IMG/VR virus record: IMGVR_UViG_3300044609_000064
Coordinates: 1-26,044 of that record
Origin: a virus
Lineage: Duplodnaviria > Caudoviricetes
DNA length: 26,044 nucleotides
Direction: 5' to 3' (one strand)
Below the pieces are notes generated by a model. It was not told the DNA's origin and made no database searches. It saw nothing but the letters and a program-made list of their open reading frames with translations. Position numbers and translations under genes: made by a program. This document shows positions 8,755 to 17,243 of the stretch, one piece after another (within the stretch, counting starts at the first letter, position 1; every line of letters begins with the position of its first letter).

Positions 8755-11180
8755 CGTGCTACTCCAATGGTCCTACGCAGCGATGGGTTGCTCTGCAGTT
8801 GACTCAGTGCCATATTGGCGCCTTGACGCGCCGCCGTGGATGTTGCCTGCTGCAGGTCACTCATCGTGACGTAGCTTGTGCCGCCCATCTGGGTTACAGG
8901 ACCGGTGGTGATGTTGACTTGCGGCGTTGCCATGCTTGTTCCGGTGCCGATGCCATATTGCTGCATACCGGTAGCCGCTGGGCGGTTGGCGGATGACATG
9001 CCGGGAAGAATGCTGCCGCCACCTTTGAACCAAGATTCTTCAGCATTCTTGCGGCTGTTCTCCCAAAATTGTTTGTTGTAGCTAGTGGCTTGCTCAAAGA
9101 ACCGTTGATTCAGTTCAGCGTATTTGCGCTCAGCTTCTGCAACGCTAACGAACATGCGAGTTTGGTCCATCTGCAGCTTGTTCAGTGCCGCTTCATATGC
9201 AGCCTTAAAAGCAGCATTCTCGCCTGCAGGGCCGAAGTTGTATTGAGCGCCAACTGCGGTGGCGCTTCTCATGCCGACTACGGCACCAGACGTGGCGGAT
9301 GACACTTTTTGCGCCGCCGTTGCAGCTCGTTCCATATTGCTTGCAAACGTGCCTGATGCTGCTGCAGCAGAGCCTGTAGCCTTTGCCACGATATTTTGCT
9401 GATAGGCGGCATCTGCAGCCTGCACCTTGCCATCTCGTACCGCACGAGCGGCGCGTTCTTGTTGCTCTGCGACCACTGCAACTGTGCCGCCTTGGATTTT
9501 TGCTAAATCCACAGCCTCTCTGATTGCATCAAGCGCTTTGTAATGCTCAGCGTTGGCAGTGCCTTGCGCTGCAGCTAGACGGACAACAGCCTCTACCTCT
9601 TTGGCTTTTTGCTCAGCGGAAACAACCGCCAGCCTTGCTTTCTCTACCTCAGCAGCAATTTGCGCCTGCGTTGCCTGCAGCTCAAGCTCAGCTTGCCTGA
9701 CAGTGATGTCATAGATATCTTTTGCTGCCTTGACTCGCTGCGTTTGGTTTTGTGCGTTATCAAGCTGACGTTGCGCCTGTTGAAGCAGCACGTCATTGAT
9801 CTGCATCTCAGCCTGCAGATAAGCCTGCGTGATCGAAGCGCGTTGTCCAGCTACAGCGTCAACGACTTTGGCGGAAGCATCAGCAGCTTGGCTGGCTTCC
9901 TGAATTGCCTTGGTGACGGCTTGCTGCTCCTCCTTCAGTTTTTTTGCTGCTTCTTTTGCGTCGTCAATCTTAGGTGGCAAGCTGGAATAGTTCTTGACTG
10001 ATTCGGCTGCTGCCTCATTGACTTTTTGCTGCTCTTCCTTAAACTTGCCAACCTTGTCATTGGTCAGCCCTAGGAAGTTGGCAAGGCGCCCAACCTGCTC
10101 AGCAATGAATTGAAAGACAGGATTCTGCGATAGCGCCTTGAAGCTATCAATGACAAATGCAAGAACCTTCGAGAAATTGCTAATGACAACAATGGCATTC
10201 TCAAAACCCTTGATCATGATGCTTTGAATCGCTACGCGAATAGCGTCAAAGTCAATGTCTTTGAATGCTGCCTGCAGTGATGCAATGACGGGTTGGATTG
10301 CCTCGTAGACCTTGGGAAAGATTACATTCCCCAAATAGCTCCACCAGTCAGCAAGCATCTGGCCGACAGTGGCCAGTCCTTGAGCGCCAGCAACAACAGC
10401 AGGTGCAAACACCTGGCCAATGCTGTTGAGCAGTTGATCCGTAACCTGCCGCAGGTTGTTGAAGGTCTGTTGCTGTGCGGTCAGCTTGCCATTTAGGTTC
10501 TCGGACGCCGCCGCAGCGCCAGACAATGCCTCGTACAAGACCTGGCTTGTGATCTTGCCGTCTTGAGCCATGCCTTGTAGCTCGCCGCGGCTCTTGCCGG
10601 TGGTTTGCGCAATCGCATCAAGCAACTGCGGCATTCGTTCAGCGACAATGACAAACTCATCGCCATTCAGCTTGCCTTTGCCAAGCGCTTGGCTCAGTTG
10701 GAAAAATGCTCCAGCCGCTTCTTCACCAGCAAGGCCGGACTGCAGTGCAATGGCATTGAAGCCTTGATAGATCTGGCCGGTCTCTTGTAGGCCAAAGCCA
10801 ACGCCCTTTAATCGGCTGTAAACATCGGCCAGCGCTTTGGTTGATTCTGTTTGCGTCAGTCCAAATTTTGCCGACGAATCAGCCGCCAGTGCCATTGCTG
10901 CGTTGAATTCATCCGTGCTGCTGGTGAGATTACGCAGCCGCTGCTCTGCAGCACCACGTTCGAATGCAACATCCAAGCCAGCCTTGACGGCAGTCAATGC
11001 TGTTGTGATCGTCAGCAGCGGACCAAGCGCAGCTTGCAATGCACCACCTAATCCCTTTGCGCCTGTTGCCGCTGAGTTAAAGCCGCCTTGTACGTCAGTG
11101 GCAGCAGTCTTAACGCGGTTGAGCTGCTGGATTGCGTTGGCGGCATCAACGTTAATCGCAACATTTGCTACGACTGACAT
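8751..11180 (-). CDS. Tape measure protein
   Basis: 809 aa, Ala/Gln-rich helical. N-terminal motif QLSQALGKGKLNGDEFVIVAERMPQLLDAIA...GELQGMAQDGKITS. Follows the tail chaperone. Confidence 0.95.
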   Translation of the reverse strand: MSVVANVAINVDAANAIQQLNRVKTAATDVQGGFNSAATGAKGLGGALQAALGPLLTITTALTAVKAGLDVAFERGAAEQRLRNLTSSTDEFNAAMALAADSSAKFGLTQTESTKALADVYSRLKGVGFGLQETGQIYQGFNAIALQSGLAGEEAAGAFFQLSQALGKGKLNGDEFVIVAERMPQLLDAIAQTTGKSRGELQGMAQDGKITSQVLYEALSGAAAASENLNGKLTAQQQTFNNLRQVTDQLLNSIGQVFAPAVVAGAQGLATVGQMLADWWSYLGNVIFPKVYEAIQPVIASLQAAFKDIDFDAIRVAIQSIMIKGFENAIVVISNFSKVLAFVIDSFKALSQNPVFQFIAEQVGRLANFLGLTNDKVGKFKEEQQKVNEAAAESVKNYSSLPPKIDDAKEAAKKLKEEQQAVTKAIQEASQAADASAKVVDAVAGQRASITQAYLQAEMQINDVLLQQAQRQLDNAQNQTQRVKAAKDIYDITVRQAELELQATQAQIAAEVEKARLAVVSAEQKAKEVEAVVRLAAAQGTANAEHYKALDAIREAVDLAKIQGGTVAVVAEQQERAARAVRDGKVQAADAAYQQNIVAKATGSAAAASGTFASNMERAATAAQKVSSATSGAVVGMRSATAVGAQYNFGPAGENAAFKAAYEAALNKLQMDQTRMFVSVAEAERKYAELNQRFFEQATSYNKQFWENSRKNAEESWFKGGGSILPGMSSANRPAATGMQQYGIGTGTSMATPQVNITTGPVTQMGGTSYVTMSDLQQATSTAARQGANMALSQLQSNPSLRRTIGVAR

Positions 11181-11198
11181 GATCCGCCAACTGCTTCC

Positions 11199-11390
11199 TT
11201 ACATTCTACGCCGACTAGCCTTTTGGCTTGCCTCTTCCGCTTCTTGGTATTCGACTTGATACATCAAACCCCAGAGCTGCAGCTCCTCGTAGGTGAGTCG
11301 TTCTGATAGCTCCAACAGCGTGTATCCAAGATCTCTGGCTAAGCGCATCATCAGCCGCAGCAGATGATCCTGTTTAACCAGCTTGATCAG
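11199..11390 (-). CDS. Tail assembly chaperone -1 frame extension (gpT-like part of gpGT)
   Basis: Not in the ORF track. The -1 frame after the slippery site reads LIKLVKQDHLLRLMMRLARDLGYTLLELSERLTYEELQLWGLMYQVEYQEAEEASQKASRRRM* and fills the gap before the tape measure gene. Confidence 0.85.
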   Translation of the reverse strand: MIKLVKQDHLLRLMMRLARDLGYTLLELSERLTYEELQLWGLMYQVEYQEAEEASQKASRRRM

Positions 11391-11743
11391 TTTTTTGCGT
11401 CGACCTCTTCCGCATCATGCTTGTCGGTCAGCACGGCAAGCATCAGTTCTTGCAGATCCGAATCACGTACCTCATTCTTCAGTTCTGCAATCTCGCCAGC
11501 GCGGAACAGCGGGCGGCCGGTTTCATCCAAAGCTTTGGACACCAAAAGCTGCAGGGCGAATGCCGTTGCCTCATCTGAGCCGGCATCCTTCTGCGCCCGC
11601 TCTCGTTCAGCCATGGTCAGCGGCTTGCAGTAAAACTCAAACACGTCGCCATCGCTCAGCTCAACCTGCTTTTTGATTGGCGTCAGGTTGGCTGCTTTTT
11701 TGAGGCGATCAAGCGCGCGCATGGATGAATTGGCAGGCGCCAT
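11387..11743 (-). CDS. Tail assembly chaperone (gpG-like)
   Basis: 118 aa, between the major tail protein and tape measure genes. Contains KPLTMAERE and KALDETGRPLF, and ends in the slippery sequence. Confidence 0.9.
   Translation of the reverse strand: MAPANSSMRALDRLKKAANLTPIKKQVELSDGDVFEFYCKPLTMAERERAQKDAGSDEATAFALQLLVSKALDETGRPLFRAGEIAELKNEVRDSDLQELMLAVLTDKHDAEEVDAKN
11390..11396 (-). other. Programmed -1 ribosomal frameshift site A AAA AAC
   Basis: mRNA GCA AAA AAC UGA, an X XXY YYZ heptamer immediately before the chaperone stop codon. Confidence 0.85.
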
Positions 11744-11778
11744 GCAAAAAATGCTCAGTTCATTGATACTTTAAGCGC

Positions 11779-11805
11779 AAAAAAGCCCCTAGCGCAACTA
11801 GGGGC
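11779..11805 (-). terminator. Rho-independent terminator after the major tail protein gene
   Basis: GCCCCTAG-TTGCG-CTAGGGGC-TTTTTT, 9 nt after the stop codon. Confidence 0.9.
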
Positions 11806-11814
11806 AATCAGCGA

Positions 11815-12573
11815 TCAAGCGGATGTGCTGAAATCGAAGCTGGGTGCACCGGCCGGGCGGAAGGTGATCTCAACCATCTGAGCATCATCAGGGTTGATAT
11901 TCAGGCTGGCGGTCAGCAGCACAGCATCCATAGCAATGGATCGGCTCAGCGCTTCAGAGCTTTGCTTGTCGGTGTACAGCTTGAAAGCACAGCCAACCTG
12001 CTGACGCTGCAGCACGTCCTCGACCATGCGATTGGACAGGGCGCTGTCCTCATTGGTCACATAGATGCTGGCGGTGCCATTGCCGTCGGCAAAACCAGGG
12101 ATATAAGCGCGGAAAGGCGCATATTGACCAGCGGTTTGGCCGATGGTTGTGACGTCAATCTCAGCGCGGCTGATTTCAAAGCTCCAGGACTGAACTTGTC
12201 CCACGGCGGCGTAATCGGCGTAGTAGACCTCAAACTCGTTAGGCGCTGCAGCCGTGCCGTCGTCGGTGATATTGACAGCAGCACCACCAGCGGAGGCGGA
12301 AACCTGCAGAGCGCCGGTGCTGGCGGTGTAGGCAATCACGTAATACGTGGTGCCGGCAGAAAGACCAGCAGGCAGCGTGCCAGTGCCGGACTCGCCGGAT
12401 TGGCTGTTGACCACGCGGAACTTAACAGGATCGCCAACCTTGAAATTGAGGTAAGGCTCGACTGTGATGGTTTCAGTGGATGTATTGACACCAGCCTCAC
12501 CGAATGTTCCGGTGGTGCCAGCGGGCTTGTAGTAAAGGGCGCCGGATGTACCGGACAAAACAGTGACAGCCAT
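11815..12573 (-). CDS. Major tail (tube) protein with inserted beta domain
   Basis: 252 aa. LSGTSGALYYK...GQVQSWSFEISRAEIDVTTIG...IPGFADGNG...VEITFRP. Lies after the tail terminator gene and is followed by a strong terminator. Confidence 0.9.
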   Translation of the reverse strand: MAVTVLSGTSGALYYKPAGTTGTFGEAGVNTSTETITVEPYLNFKVGDPVKFRVVNSQSGESGTGTLPAGLSAGTTYYVIAYTASTGALQVSASAGGAAVNITDDGTAAAPNEFEVYYADYAAVGQVQSWSFEISRAEIDVTTIGQTAGQYAPFRAYIPGFADGNGTASIYVTNEDSALSNRMVEDVLQRQQVGCAFKLYTDKQSSEALSRSIAMDAVLLTASLNINPDDAQMVEITFRPAGAPSFDFSTSA

Positions 12574-12596
12574 GTTATGAACGGTATTGGCTACCG

Positions 12597-13019
12597 TCAG
12601 TCTAGATACGCTTCAAACGTAGCAGTTAGCTGAGTCTGAAAGTAAGGCTCAGGCGCTGCTGGTGTTACTTGAGATGGCCCGGATGCCGCGTCAAAGATGA
12701 TGCTGTTGAATTTGGCGCGATCAAACTTGTCTTTGATGCGCTCTGCAATGGTGAAGTTCGCTGCGGTGCCTTGCCCTTGTGGCGTAAAGACATTGACCAC
12801 TAGCGTACCGGTCTGGCGGTTGAATCCAACACCGCCAGTCGGTAGCAGCGTGGCATAGCTGTTATCGCCAAAGCGGATGAATACTTGCACCCATGGCGTG
12901 TTGTTCGGCGGCGTAAACGGCACGTTTTGATAGCTGACAGGGTAAACGGGCGACAACGCCATCTCCGTGCCAATGCGCCCTTCAATCGCGGCGCGAACGT
13001 CGTTGTAGGTGCTGCTCAT
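12597..13019 (-). CDS. Tail terminator / tail completion protein
   Basis: 140 aa. YQNVPFTPP...WVQVFIRFG...GTLVVNVFTPQGQG...AERIKDKF. Canonical position. Confidence 0.8.
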   Translation of the reverse strand: MSSTYNDVRAAIEGRIGTEMALSPVYPVSYQNVPFTPPNNTPWVQVFIRFGDNSYATLLPTGGVGFNRQTGTLVVNVFTPQGQGTAANFTIAERIKDKFDRAKFNSIIFDAASGPSQVTPAAPEPYFQTQLTATFEAYLD

Positions 13020-13453
13020 GATTCCCTCCCGATGCGATCTGCATTGACGCGCACAAACGATTGGATGTCCTTAGCAATGCCTTGCACCCATCCTGCAGGC
13101 GCCTGCTTGCTACTGCCGTTAGCAAGAGACTCTGCATATGGCAGATTGTTGTGCACGCTGTAGACGTTGCCTAGCTTTTCTTGCTGATAGTTCATCCTTT
13201 GCAGCGGCACAATCAATCCGCCTGGCGGGGATGTTTTCGATCGATCCGTGTTTGAAGACGGCTGTTGCGGTCCTGCGTCGTAAAAGCCGGCCGCATTCTC
13301 GCCTACCTGCCAGCTAACACGAAAGCGCCCGGTATCAACAGGGCTTGCCTGCTTGAGCCTGCTGTCAGTCTCTAGCACAGCAACACGCAACAGCTTCTCA
13401 AACTGCTGCTCAGCGTAGTTGCCAATATCACCAACTCGGATGGTGCGCGCCAT
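13016..13453 (-). CDS. HK97 gp10-like neck/tail completion protein
   Basis: SPVDTGRFRVSW, NNLPYAESLANGSSKQAPAGWV motifs. Confidence 0.85.
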   Translation of the reverse strand: MARTIRVGDIGNYAEQQFEKLLRVAVLETDSRLKQASPVDTGRFRVSWQVGENAAGFYDAGPQQPSSNTDRSKTSPPGGLIVPLQRMNYQQEKLGNVYSVHNNLPYAESLANGSSKQAPAGWVQGIAKDIQSFVRVNADRIGRES

Positions 13454-13809
13454 TATGCCCTCAGGATGAGCTCGTAAGTGATGGGCTCGTTATCCTGCTC
13501 AATCGTACGAACTTGGATCACTTGATTTACCACACTGCTAATCAGCACTTCATCAGCCGTAGTAGGTGCGCTGGCAACATCAGCAGCGGCAATCAAGAGA
13601 CGCTTGTCGCCAGCTTGGATCAGATCATTAACCTCGCGCAGGTTGACATCTTCCAACACGCCACGGACTACGGTGTCGGTCGTGGTTTCGCTGACGGTGC
13701 CAGTGGTGGTGTTGTAGGCGCCAGTTGTTACGCGGCGGATAGTTGCCTCACCGCCAAACTTTGCCATCAGTTTGCTGGCAACCTTGCGTAGCGGTCCAGC
13801 AAGTGCCAT
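13453..13809 (-). CDS. Head closure (stopper) protein
   Basis: 118 aa. LMAKFG...GAYNTTTG...LIQAGDKRLLIAA...YELILR. Confidence 0.75.
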   Translation of the reverse strand: MALAGPLRKVASKLMAKFGGEATIRRVTTGAYNTTTGTVSETTTDTVVRGVLEDVNLREVNDLIQAGDKRLLIAAADVASAPTTADEVLISSVVNQVIQVRTIEQDNEPITYELILRA

Positions 13810-14036
13810 CAGAGCTTGTAGGCTACGACCGTGCCGCTAGTCAGCGTGATGCTTGTAAAAACGCCTTCAATTTCTGTACTTGCCTTAAAAGGAATGGCAG
13901 CCAAAGTGTTGCCAGTCCAATCTTGAGCAGTCAAGCTAGCAATCACCGAATCTTCAAGGGCTACGATTTTGCCAAAGCGGCCAGTATGCGCTGCGGTGTC
14001 ATCAATAAATTCAGCACCTGGATAGGCGTAACTCAT
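13809..14036 (-). CDS. Small beta-rich hypothetical virion protein
   Basis: 75 aa ORF tightly coupled between the adaptor and stopper genes. Confidence 0.7.
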   Translation of the reverse strand: MSYAYPGAEFIDDTAAHTGRFGKIVALEDSVIASLTAQDWTGNTLAAIPFKASTEIEGVFTSITLTSGTVVAYKL

Positions 14037-14038
14037 GG

Positions 14039-14602
14039 TCAGCTCCGCTTAATGGCAAAATTGCCTGGTCCACTGATTCTAAGCCCTGTGAGGTATCGCT
14101 CCATCAGCGGCGGCACCTTATCAGCACCAACAGCGCCGTAGCCAAGATTTGGCGTTACATCAATGCTGCCGATTTTGACATTTTTGTAGTCTTCAAGCCC
14201 GCTAAGCCCTAAGGCATCCGTGTTGTTATGAAGGAACACGGCAAGCACGGTTTGTGCGTATTTGATCTGAGTTGGGATCTCAGTGTCTGTAAAGTAGTCG
14301 GTTGTAATGCGGAAGGGGAAGCCAACTGCGTAAGTGTTGATATACGTGTCAGGCTTGCGCACGCCCGTACGCGGCCACTGCAAAGCCTGCGTATCAGTAG
14401 CGCGGGCACCTAGAAACCGCTCACGGTCAAGGCGCTGCGTTGCCGTAAATAGCGCACGGTTGCGGCTGTCAGTGTTGCCGCTGTTCCAATGCTGGACATC
14501 GGAATCCTCAACAAAGCCATCAATGATCGCTTGCGCTTCAGCCAGCGTCAGGTAGGAGTTTGCGCTTGCCGACCCTACGGTTGCGTTGATTACTACTGCC
14601 AT
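14039..14602 (-). CDS. Head-tail adaptor (DnaT-like annotated family)
   Basis: ANSYLTLAEA...ALFTATQRLD...FLGARATDTQALQWPR...IPTQIKYAQ...KIGSIDV motifs. Confidence 0.8.
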   Translation of the reverse strand: MAVVINATVGSASANSYLTLAEAQAIIDGFVEDSDVQHWNSGNTDSRNRALFTATQRLDRERFLGARATDTQALQWPRTGVRKPDTYINTYAVGFPFRITTDYFTDTEIPTQIKYAQTVLAVFLHNNTDALGLSGLEDYKNVKIGSIDVTPNLGYGAVGADKVPPLMERYLTGLRISGPGNFAIKRS

Positions 14603-14717
14603 CGTGGGGTGGCTCCGTCATTTCAAGTTTAAGTGTGGGCTCTGCAATAGAAAGAGAGGCCACCTCATTAGAGGCAGCCTCCTGTTCACGCAGTCGCCGG
14701 AAAGCGAACAGGCCCAA
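14538..14717 (-). CDS. Small hypothetical protein (59 aa) overlapping the terminator and the adaptor start
   Basis: TTG start 2 nt after the upstream stop. MGLFAFRRLREQEAASNEVASLSIAEPTLKLEMTEPPHDGSSNQRNRRVGKRKLLPDAG*. Below the ORF-track cut-off. Confidence 0.5.
   Translation of the reverse strand: MGLFAFRRLREQEAASNEVASLSIAEPTLKLEMTEPPHDGSSNQRNRRVGKRKLLPDAG
14646..14681 (-). terminator. Rho-independent terminator after the capsid/decoration genes
   Basis: GAGGCTGCCTC-TAAT-GAGGTGGCCTC (11 bp including two G-U pairs) followed by TCTTTCTATT. Confidence 0.7.
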
Positions 14718-14719
14718 AA

Positions 14720-15133
14720 TCAGGCAACCGCAGCAGCGGTAGAACCCAGACCATAAAGGGTGATCGCTTCAGAGCCAGAGACAACAGCAGTCACGCGACC
14801 AAGGAAGACCTTGGAGGCATTTTGAGCAACCGTTGCCACGCCGCTAACGGTCACGTCAGTGCCACCAGCCACGGTGATGGTGTTAGCGCCAGCCGAAGCG
14901 TTAAGGACAACCACCATGAAAGTGGTGCCGATAGCGCAATCACCACCGATGGCCGCCACGATATCCGCGGCAGTAGCAGTGGTGTAAGTGGCAGCGGCAG
15001 AAGGTACGCCACGGATGATGACGTTGTAGCTGTTAGCTGCAGACAGGGTTGCGGTTGCAGTAGGAGCCGCCAGTTTCATCTGAGCCGGCAGAAGGCCGCC
15101 GGGGATGTCACCGAGTTCAAAAATGGATGCCAT
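14720..15133 (-). CDS. Putative capsid decoration/auxiliary protein
   Basis: 137 aa, Ala/Thr/Val-rich beta-type protein directly after the capsid gene. GAGG SD, inside the same terminator-bounded unit. Confidence 0.6.
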   Translation of the reverse strand: MASIFELGDIPGGLLPAQMKLAAPTATATLSAANSYNVIIRGVPSAAATYTTATAADIVAAIGGDCAIGTTFMVVVLNASAGANTITVAGGTDVTVSGVATVAQNASKVFLGRVTAVVSGSEAITLYGLGSTAAAVA

Positions 15134-15144
15134 GATCAGTTACC

Positions 15145-16173
15145 TCAATCAAAGTTAGAGGTGTTGGTGGCGCGCACAATGCCGAGGTTCTTCAGCTCGT
15201 ACACCTTCGACCAGTTAGCAACAGTCTCCAGCTGAGCGCGAGTGGGGTTGGCGGTAGTCACCGCCCACTTAGCTCCAACAGGGTGGTAGCAATAGTGCAG
15301 GTCGATCGACATGGCATCGCTCTTGGCGAGGATGTCACGATCGGTTTCGGTCTGCATCGCCATTTGCTCACCACTGGCAACAGCGCCTTGGGTGAAGAAA
15401 TAGGTGGCGTACTCAGTTGAAGAACCGCTGCCATCGGTCTGCACATCGTCAGACACGATCACGCGCAGACCCATGTAGGTCGGCACGCTTACTTCGCCGC
15501 CATAGGCGGCAACCAGCGAGCCGCCAGATTGGGTGGTGCTAGTGCCACGGGCCTCAGCAGTCGACACATAGTCGATTGCCTTGCGCTCAACGAGGTCGTA
15601 ATAGACCTTGGAGTGCATGGCAACAGCAGCCAGCTTGTCGCCTTGATCGCCCAGCAGGCTGCGGGCTTCGGCAACGTGACGAGGGCTCAGCGTGGTGGGA
15701 GTATCGCCAGACTCGCCATCAATGGTCAGACCAAAGAAGGCAGCAGAGCTGGAGGTAGATCCCAGGCTGCCGAACACGCCGCCAAGGCAGGACAGCAGAT
15801 CCTTTTGGCGCTGGTTAGCGATGTAATCAGCGATCTTGGCGCCAATGGCGGCCATGGGATCAGAACCGGCAGCAAGGGCAGCCAGGTCGCGAGCCTCGAA
15901 GGCGCGGCCACGGTGCAGGATCACGCCGACTTGCTTGTCAGCAGTGATTTTGCCAGGAGTGAGGCTGCTGCTATCAGTCAGAACCTCGAAATCGCCGGAA
16001 AGGTTGGCTTTCCAGAATGGAACATTGATGAAATCACCGCCCTCGGTGGCATTTAGCTCCGCCAGAGGCTGCACCACACCGGAAGCCAGGAAGGCATCAC
16101 GCTGAGTGGTTTGCTCAATGACGTAAGGCGTAAATACCTCGGGGATGATGATGTCAGAGCGAAGGGTCGCCAT
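15145..16173 (-). CDS. Major capsid protein
   Basis: 342 aa. TLRSDIIIPEVFTPYV, GGDFINVPFWKANLSGD, AGSDPMAAIG, VAMHSKVY, TYMGLRVIVSDD, ETDRDIL, HPVGAKW. GAGG SD. Confidence 0.95.
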   Translation of the reverse strand: MATLRSDIIIPEVFTPYVIEQTTQRDAFLASGVVQPLAELNATEGGDFINVPFWKANLSGDFEVLTDSSSLTPGKITADKQVGVILHRGRAFEARDLAALAAGSDPMAAIGAKIADYIANQRQKDLLSCLGGVFGSLGSTSSSAAFFGLTIDGESGDTPTTLSPRHVAEARSLLGDQGDKLAAVAMHSKVYYDLVERKAIDYVSTAEARGTSTTQSGGSLVAAYGGEVSVPTYMGLRVIVSDDVQTDGSGSSTEYATYFFTQGAVASGEQMAMQTETDRDILAKSDAMSIDLHYCYHPVGAKWAVTTANPTRAQLETVANWSKVYELKNLGIVRATNTSNFD

Positions 16174-16203
16174 GACTAATCCTCAAAAAGGGTTTACGGA
16201 TGT

Positions 16204-16236
16204 GGGCGCAGCCCTAGGCTCTATGTGGCGCAGCCA
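16204..16236 (-). promoter_or_regulatory. Tandem C-UGC-G hairpins in the capsid mRNA leader
   Basis: TGGC-TGC-GCCA (16226-16236) and GGGC-TGC-GCCC (16204-16214). Confidence 0.6.
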
Positions 16237-16257
16237 TCACGAGCAGACACTCAAATA

Positions 16258-16935
16258 CTAACGGTTGGCTGCTGCTTTCATCCGATCGTATAGATCACGA
16301 TCTGTGCGGAACAACCGCGACTGCTCAGTGAGATTGAATGTCTCGCGGCTGAATGGATTAGCCATGCCTGATGGGATGGCACCATTGCTGCCGCCGGTCG
16401 GCGCACCGCTGCCTTGCGGCTTGGGTTGCTTTTGCATCCATGCAGGCAACGTCTTGGCCCATTCGCCGACGGGCGTGCGCTGGTAGCCGTCGACTACGAC
16501 GACAGTGCCATCTGCTTCACGCTGGATTGCGTCAGGCGACAGCTTGGTCTTAAGCACAAGATCAGGATCGTGCACGATCTCAGCCAGTGCTGTCACTGCT
16601 GGTGTGACCAGTTCCAGCTCGCGGACGCGTGACTCAAGCTCTGAAATGCGCTTGTCCTTCTCCGCCGTCGCCTCACGGAACTGGTGCTCCAAAGCCTGCC
16701 GTGCCTCTTGGTATTTACCTTGGGATTCAAGCTGCTGTTGCTCGTAGTTGCGCTTGAACTCCAGCAGTTCATCAACATTGACTCCATCCGGCAGCTTTGG
16801 AGCTTTGGATTTGGCTTGACGCAGCTCTGCAATCAATTCTTGATTCTTGCGTTCTAGCGCTTCAACACTGCGCTGCAGTGCATCGGCATCAGTCCCAGTA
16901 GCCGCAGGCTCTTGGGTTTGTTGTTCATCAGACAT
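16258..16935 (-). CDS. Capsid scaffolding protein
   Basis: 225 aa, acidic coiled-coil (ALERKNQELIAEL; QGKYQE), PQGSGA linker and NPF...NLTEQ C-terminus. Immediately upstream of the capsid gene. Confidence 0.85.
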   Translation of the reverse strand: MSDEQQTQEPAATGTDADALQRSVEALERKNQELIAELRQAKSKAPKLPDGVNVDELLEFKRNYEQQQLESQGKYQEARQALEHQFREATAEKDKRISELESRVRELELVTPAVTALAEIVHDPDLVLKTKLSPDAIQREADGTVVVVDGYQRTPVGEWAKTLPAWMQKQPKPQGSGAPTGGSNGAIPSGMANPFSRETFNLTEQSRLFRTDRDLYDRMKAAANR

Positions 16936-16953
16936 GGATAAGCCGCAGGCTTA
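16900..16953 (-). promoter_or_regulatory. C-UGC-G hairpins flanking the scaffold start codon
   Basis: TAAGCC-TGC-GGCTTA (16939-16953), 3 nt before the ATG, and AGCC-TGC-GGCT (16900-16910) in codons 9-12. Confidence 0.6.
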
Positions 16954-16967
16954 ATTACACTTCTACG

Positions 16968-17243
16968 TTACCACTTCTCCTTGTCAGCCCAATACGCGGC
17001 AGACATTTTCCCTTTGGCTATGTTCTTGGCATGTCGAGCCTTGAACGATGCCCTTCTGGCTTTGTCCGCTGCTGATTCTCCTTTTTGTGGTGCTGAGCCA
17101 GATACGCCCTGCTGACCAAAACGAATAAGCTTGACCTTGTCGCCTTCCTTGGCAAGCACGGCATGTGACTTGTTCGGATGCTTTGGCGTGCGCTTCGGCT
17201 TGTTGTAGCCGTCAAACTGCTCGCCGCGGTAGGTGATGCTCAT
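16968..17243 (-). CDS. Small basic hypothetical protein
   Basis: 91 aa, Lys/Arg-rich. GYNKPKRTP, KLIRFGQQG, ARRASFKARH, SAAYWA. ATGA-coupled. Confidence 0.8.
   Translation of the reverse strand: MSITYRGEQFDGYNKPKRTPKHPNKSHAVLAKEGDKVKLIRFGQQGVSGSAPQKGESAADKARRASFKARHAKNIAKGKMSAAYWADKEKW

Noticed and set aside
11962-12633. 223-aa plus-strand ORF, and similar ones at 15529-16056 and 21657-22127
   Set aside because: Antisense to well-supported structural genes, explained by codon bias in GC-rich DNA, no recognisable motifs.
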